Part shown: positions 31,192 to 64,000 of the stretch, piece by piece
Position numbering within the stretch: the stretch's first letter is position 1
Layout of the letters: the number at the start of each line of letters is the position of its first letter
Origin: Amphiscolops sp. MND2022
Lineage: Eukaryota
DNA length: 64,000 nucleotides
Assembly (NCBI GenBank): GCA_964187785.1
Contig: OZ076409.1
Coordinates: 28,274,001 to 28,338,000, forward strand
Direction of reading: 5' to 3'
Program-made: the position numbers and the translations under genes
Notes under the pieces: model-generated
Database searches by the model: none
What the model was told of the DNA's origin: nothing
What the model saw: only the letters and a program-made list of their open reading frames with translations

Positions 31192-33039
31192 GGGGCACGG
31201 TAATAAGTTCGAACGCAAAAGTTTGAATTTTATTTTCGAATGGACTAAGTTCCAATTTTTCAAAAACCAGAACAAGTTCGAATCACTGTGTTCGAATTTT
31301 GAACTAAGTATAAAACGTGCCTCTGGTATTTCCCCATTTCACCAAGTGCCTCGCGGACCCTTGGGGCCGCTTATGTTCCCATCTTGCTAAGCGAGGTCGA
31401 ACAGGAGCAAAGACCTGGCGGGAACGGAGATCGCGAAGCGATCGTAGTGGGAGCTGGTTTTGCGACGGTGGGGGCGAGAGCGTGCATACACCGGATATGC
31501 CCCACGTTTCAGTTTTTAGATTCCTTTAGATCCTAGACGGTGGAGCTCTCAGGATCTTGTGTGGAGGATGTTCAGTTTACGTCGGATATGTCCGATATGA
31601 AAATTCGAACTTGGTGTCTCGAAACTATTCCATTCGAACTTATTGCACTAGTTCAAATTCGAACTTAGTAAATCAAACTTTTTGCCCGAAGCCTCTGGGT
31701 TTAATTCCGGGGCACGGTAACAAGTTCGAACGCATAAGTTAGAATTTTAATTTCGGATGACTAAGTTCGAATTTTCCAAAAACGGGAACAAGTTCGGATC
31801 TTTGTGTTCGAATTTTGAACTAAGAATAAAACGTGCCTCTGATAAATCCCCATGTCATCTGGTGCCCAGCGGCCCCTTGGGGCCGCTTATGTCCCCATCT
31901 TGCTAATAGACGTCGAACAGGAGCAAAGCTCTAGCAGGAACGGAGATCGCGAAGCGATCGTAGTGGGAGCTGGTCTTTGCGACGGTGAGGGTTAGCGTGC
32001 ATACACTGGATATGCCCCACATTTCAGTTTTTAGATTCCTTTAGATCCTAGACGGTGCAGCTCTCAGGACCTTGTGTAAAGGATGTTCAGTTTACACCGG
32101 ATATGTCCGATATGAAAATTCGAACTTGATGTCTCGAAACTATTCCATTCGAACTTATTGCACTAGTTCAAATTCGAACTTAGTAAATCAATCTTATTGC
32201 CCGAAGCCTCTGGGTTTAATTCCGGGCCACGGTAACAAGTTCGAACGCATAAGTTAGAATTTTAATTTCGAATGGACTAAGTTCGAATTTTCCAAAAACG
32301 GGAACAAGTTCGAATCTTTGTGTTCGAATTTTGAACTAAGTATAAAACGTGCCTCTGAATCAGGCTCTGATATTTCCCCATGTCATCTGGTGCCCAGCGG
32401 CCCCTTGGGGCCGCTTATGTTCCCATCTTGCTAATCGAGGTCGAACAGGAGCAAAGCCCTAGCAGGAACGGAGATCGCTAAGCGATCGTAGTGGGAGCTG
32501 GTCTTTGCGACGATGAGGGCGAGCGTGCATACACTGGTTATGCCCCACATTTCAGTTTTTAGATTCCTTTAGTTCCTAGACGGTGGAGCTCTCAGGATCT
32601 TGTGTGAAGGATGTCCAGTTTACACCGGATATTCCCGATATGAAAATTCGAGGTTGGTGTAGTAGTAGTAGTAGTAGTAGTAGTAGGGCTTTTGCGGGAT
32701 CCGCAAGGGGCTTCTCACCCCGTCACAGTCACTCAATCACGTGATAGGTGAGTTTACTTCTCTTCTAGCTGCCTCAGGTTCTCTTACAAGACAGTGGATT
32801 GAGGTATAGCACACGACACGTGATACTATGACTCATCCACCAATGCGGTCATCTCTTCTTTCTTCTGATAGCTGACTGCTTTATTTTGGGTGCTTGGTGA
32901 AACAAGACAAAGCACACGACCCGTGATACTTTGGCTAGTTCCACTTGTCCCGGCAAGTGGTGTCTCGAAGTTATTCCATTCGAACTTATTGCACTAGTTC
33001 AAATTCGACCTCGGTAAAACGAAGTTATTGCCCGAAGCC
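31192..33039. repeat. Tandem array of three ~500-515-bp MITE copies (GTTCGAA-rich inverted arms) inserted in the hAT remnant
   Basis: Units 31192-31693, 31709-32208 and 32224-33039 (third contains an insertion), separated by identical 15-bp spacers TCTGGGTTTAATTCC. The central core also occurs at ~26315, ~27510 and ~29970. Confidence 0.85.
32661..32957 (-). mobile_element. Short non-LTR retroposon insertion (SINE or 5'-truncated LINE) with (TAC)n tail
   Basis: (GTA)n run at 32659-32686 on plus, adjacent stem-loop TTGCGGGATCCGCAA, and flanking 6-bp duplication TGGTGT (32655-32660, 32958-32963) that restores the MITE unit sequence. Confidence 0.7.
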
Positions 33040-33652
33040 CTAATTCCTTCCACAGGTGTCTGTGGTGGTGAATAAATTGCAAAGCGACTGCAGGAGCAAC
33101 TAGTCTATGAGGAAGACAACGAAAATGATCATGCCTACAATTTGGACGCGGATGTCTCTTCTTGATTTTTCTAAGCGATTACTGGACGAAAACTTCTATA
33201 TTGAGAATTATACGAAGAGTTTTCGCCCTGTCAGCAAAGATCCTGAGCGTATGTTTTCGTTGTGCAGATACTCACGTAACTATCTCCAATGTCGTATGAC
33301 TGTTGAAAATGTCGTATGACAGTAAGAACACTTCATTTATGCCTGAATAAGCGCATATTGTTCTTCCCTCACATCCCACATCACTCAAAGTGCAGTATTT
33401 CTTCTAAGTTGGGTTTGTAAGTTGCTATTGTTTTGCGTTTAGTTTGAAACTGCGCGAATAAACCTTCCATAATGTTATACATGTTTTCTGAGAACGTAAG
33501 CTGTGGATGGAAATGTATTTGACAGTTACTTAATGTTGGGTTTCCTGTTTCCAGGCATATCTTGAAATCAATACCAAAACCAATACCAAATCAGTCAAGG
33601 CCAATACCAACTTCGCTTGGTATTGAAATCCCTGGGCACGGTCCTTTTTAGT

Positions 33653-33988
33653 GGGTGGCTGTAAATAGGTCGAATTTTTCTGGTCGAAAGGACAGAGGTC
33701 GAACCATTTGATCGAATTGCAGGGATCGAATGGAATGCGGTCGAATTTTATCGTATTTGTCGCTTCGCTCCCTTCGCCAAGTAGCAACATTGAGGCATGG
33801 TCATATGGCACGTCGCTCCGCTTCGCTTCGCTCCTGCATTCAGGGCACTAGGGGTATGTGAAGATATCTGACTACGTTATAAAAATTTCGATCCGAGTTG
33901 TTTCGATCCCATTCAAAAATTTGGTATGTCGACCTGAGGACTAACTCTGATTTTCGATCCCGTTCCTTCGACCTACTTCCGCCCACCC
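33653..33988. mobile_element. MITE with GGGTGG...CCACCC ends, GTCGAA-rich arms, 9-bp TSD
   Basis: TSD CTTTTTAGT at 33644-33652 and 33989-33997. It carries the same core as the 5934-6375 element, in reverse orientation (~33760-33880). Confidence 0.7.
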
Positions 33989-33989
33989 C

Positions 33990-34513
33990 TTTTTAGTCGG
34001 CGTTTTCGAAGAAAGTGCACGACCCTTACAGTTGCTAGTTGTTTTTCGTCAGTTCAACGCAATCGGTCCACTTTTTTGTTGATTTATTCAACATCATCAA
34101 CTTGAACAACGGACCTCCAACCATACTCAAAACGCCAGAACCTCGTACAAAAAAAACATCGACGTACAGAACCTCAATAACATGTGTGTTTTTGGTGTTT
34201 TTCTCGAATTTTTTACGGCACAATGCGACTTTGATTTTTTTTGGATTCCACCAAAGTCTCTCCCCTTCGTTTGCTTCGATATTTTGTAACACAATGGATC
34301 TCAAAAAATCACTAAGGGTCCCCCTTTTTACATTTTTCGGCACTGTGACTCTGTTCAAAAATATTAAAATTTTTTAAGATCTCTCAATGGTCCCCCTTAA
34401 TTTTTTTCATATTTTGCAACCAACTGGAGTTTCTTTCACAAAGCCCGAAGGCTCCCCCATTCACAATTTTGTGCCTTAGATATAGCGCCGACTTTGGCCG
34501 TTTCCGGCTTGTT
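33990..34513 (-). mobile_element. Helentron/DINE-1-like non-autonomous element (HINE-like)
   Basis: One end AACAAGCCGGAAACGGCCAAAGTCGGCGC, other end ...AAACGCCGACTAAAAA; subterminal inverted AGTCGGCG/CGCCGACT. Same family as 44301, 49519 and 52500. Confidence 0.6.
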
Positions 34514-34935
34514 TTCAATTGTTTTGATGAGCTGTATAACCGCGATACCTCATTTACAGACGAACTTCTGTCGATTCGGTGTTTTATTTCATAAATTACA
34601 GATGTTTCCAAATTCTATAAGGGAGGGTTCATGACACTGCAAGTAGGCTCTGCTGCTTGCAGCGTATTGACACCACCCATGTCTATTTCCTGACAAGCCC
34701 CCTTCAACACGGGCTACATATTCAAATCATCGCCTTTTTGGTTTCGATGCACACGGTCAATACTTCATTTTAAAGAGAAAAATTCAATGTTTTCAAAGCT
34801 TTGTCACTCGAATTACTAGAGAAAATTGGATTTCTATAGAAAATTCAATCAATTTCCGGGGTACCCATCAGATAAAGAGAACCTTTTCTCCGGTCCACTT
34901 TATTTAAGGATGTTTCGATATTTCAGTTTAGTAGT

Positions 34936-62453
<27,518 letters not shown>

Positions 62454-63636
62454 ATGAATCTGTCTTCGTTTTACAATTCCATTCACACTTAGGATAGCGT
62501 TTTCTATTATTGCCTTTCAAATTGCTATTTTTCCATAAAAAATGAAGTATTATATCCAAAATGGCCATTTGTTGAAAAAAATTGGTTTGGTTTTTAATTG
62601 TGATGAGATTTCACTGTGACTTCTCGTGATTAGTTAACATAATCGAAGTTCTACTGGCGGCTTTTTGCAACTTCACCATTCTAACTGGTACATATAACAT
62701 TCTATAACAACTTCCAATCAGCATGCTTTGCTTTTGCCGGATTAGTCTACGATGTAGTCTTTTTCTGGGATGTTGTATTAACTTCAAAATGCTATGAATA
62801 CACGCTGGATGATTGTCATCATATTTACTTGGGTTCTCACAATTCGGTCGGAAAATGGAGAGACTTGTTCATCATATGAGTTTTCGCGGAGTCAAATTCA
62901 AAACGAATCAAAGATCATGAAAGAATAATCATGATCATTTTTACTACAGTCGGACCTCACTATAACGAAATATCGCTACAACGTAATTCTCGTTTTACAG
63001 CAATTTGATTTCTAAACCAATCAGAATCAAGTGCCCAAACAAGTATTCGGAACAACGTAAACTCTTAAACAACGTAATCAATGAGATACTCCCCAAGGGG
63101 TGTGGTAACCTGAGTTCCGACTGTATGACATTTTTCGTCAAAATCACATGTCTCGATGGGGCAACGTGGAGCGCATGGTATTTCTGCATAAGCATGCGCG
63201 AGCCGATCTGTTGATTTTAATTAACATAATATTTTGGAATGTTTTAGCTTCTGGTCAAAATCAAAATTGGTAATAACGTTGTTCTATCTTGTTATCCGAT
63301 GAAATGTGGGCGCTGCTATTGTTTCGAAATGGGAAATAATTGTATCAGGGCTCTGCTTTGCTATCAATCAGTTGTACATTGTTTTCATTACTCAATACTT
63401 GATGGAGTGAGTTGCTGGTTAAGGGACAGTAATGAAATCATTCAAGCTTAGTTTGTGGCTTTTAATGTTTATCTGGCCTCATATTTGCCATGTTTTTTCC
63501 TACTCACTCAGTATCTTATTGATGATAGTAGACTGCAATGATTACACTTGCGATAAGTAAGTGTTCTGGGAAAGTGCGGGCGCTTTTTTTCCGGGCGACA
63601 ACACTCTCGTTTCACTCGGCAAGTCGCACAGTTCAC

Positions 63637-63708
63637 GCGTTCGTGGTCTAGTGATAAGATGTTTGCTTTTCAACCCAGAGGCTTCGTGTTCGAACCCGTG
63701 CGTATGCG
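63637..63708 (+). pseudogene. Degenerate tRNA-like sequence (tRNA-Gly-like) embedded in a repeat
   Basis: GCGTTCGTGGTCTAGTGATAAGAT...GTTCGAACCCGTGCGTATGCG with A-box and B-box, partial acceptor stem and downstream oligo-T; anticodon and T stems are mismatched. Confidence 0.55.
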
Positions 63709-64000
63709 CTATTTTTTTTACAAGTATTCCGAAGCAGAAGGTTCTCACTTTTTTTCGGCACTATGAGACTCCCCCACTTTTTTCGGCTTTGTGAGACTTT
63801 TTTTCGAAAATTTTTTAATGTCCCCAAAGTGTCCTCTATTCAATTTGCTTGATATTTTGCAACAGAACGAATGTTAGAAAATCGCAAAGGATCTCTTTCA
63901 GATTTTTCGGCACTATGAAACTGTTAAAATTTCTCATTTTTTTCCGAAAATTTTTCGAAAGACTCCAAACGGTCTCCCTTCTGGTTTTTGAAATTTTACA

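Larger units (their letters stand above)
30631..33634 (+). mobile_element. Internally deleted hAT-family DNA transposon, 18-bp TIRs, 8-bp TSD
   Basis: TIR CAGGGATTGCAATACCAA (30631) versus reverse complement CAGGGATTTCAATACCAA (ends 33634). Perfect TSD GGCACGGT (30623-30630, 33635-33642). Subterminal AATACC/AAAACC repeats. Transposase remnant ILNISFDKWSSIDGKKFIGVYLY...LCLG|LIP...IAKRL is split by a nested insertion. Confidence 0.85.

Noticed and set aside
31557..32257. Duplicated 61-aa ORFs
   Set aside because: By-products of the tandem MITE units, with non-ATG starts.
63637..63708. Functional tRNA gene
   Set aside because: Anticodon and T stems do not pair properly and it is embedded in a dispersed repeat.

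Overview
AT-rich, repeat-dense metazoan (probably invertebrate) genomic DNA with spliceosomal introns; no prokaryotic operons, CRISPR arrays or rRNA. The left half is transposon-dominated. It holds (i) a decayed minus-strand Ty3/gypsy element running off the left edge (1-4025) and (ii) an apparently intact, very young, giant Ty3/gypsy-type LTR retrotransposon (6804-25698, 18.9 kb). The giant element has 714-bp LTRs differing at one base by eye and a 2.7-kb leader. Its ~3140-aa Gag-Pol has a ~730-aa post-integrase tail with an AT-hook, a Cys cluster and two tandem TARG1/OARD1-like macrodomains. A second 1426-aa ORF in the env position does not look like an Env but contains a degenerate SGNH-hydrolase-like domain. 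Then comes (iii) a nest of CRE-like LINE, hAT, MITE, SINE-tail and Helentron-like repeats (26-34.5 kb). The right half holds one host gene, an MRCK/gek (CDC42BP-family) kinase with 29 inferred coding exons (34936-62453, ~1786 aa) and one GC-AG intron. The most novel candidate is the giant retroelement and its accessory domains. All domain calls are by-eye motif recognition and need HMM or structure confirmation.
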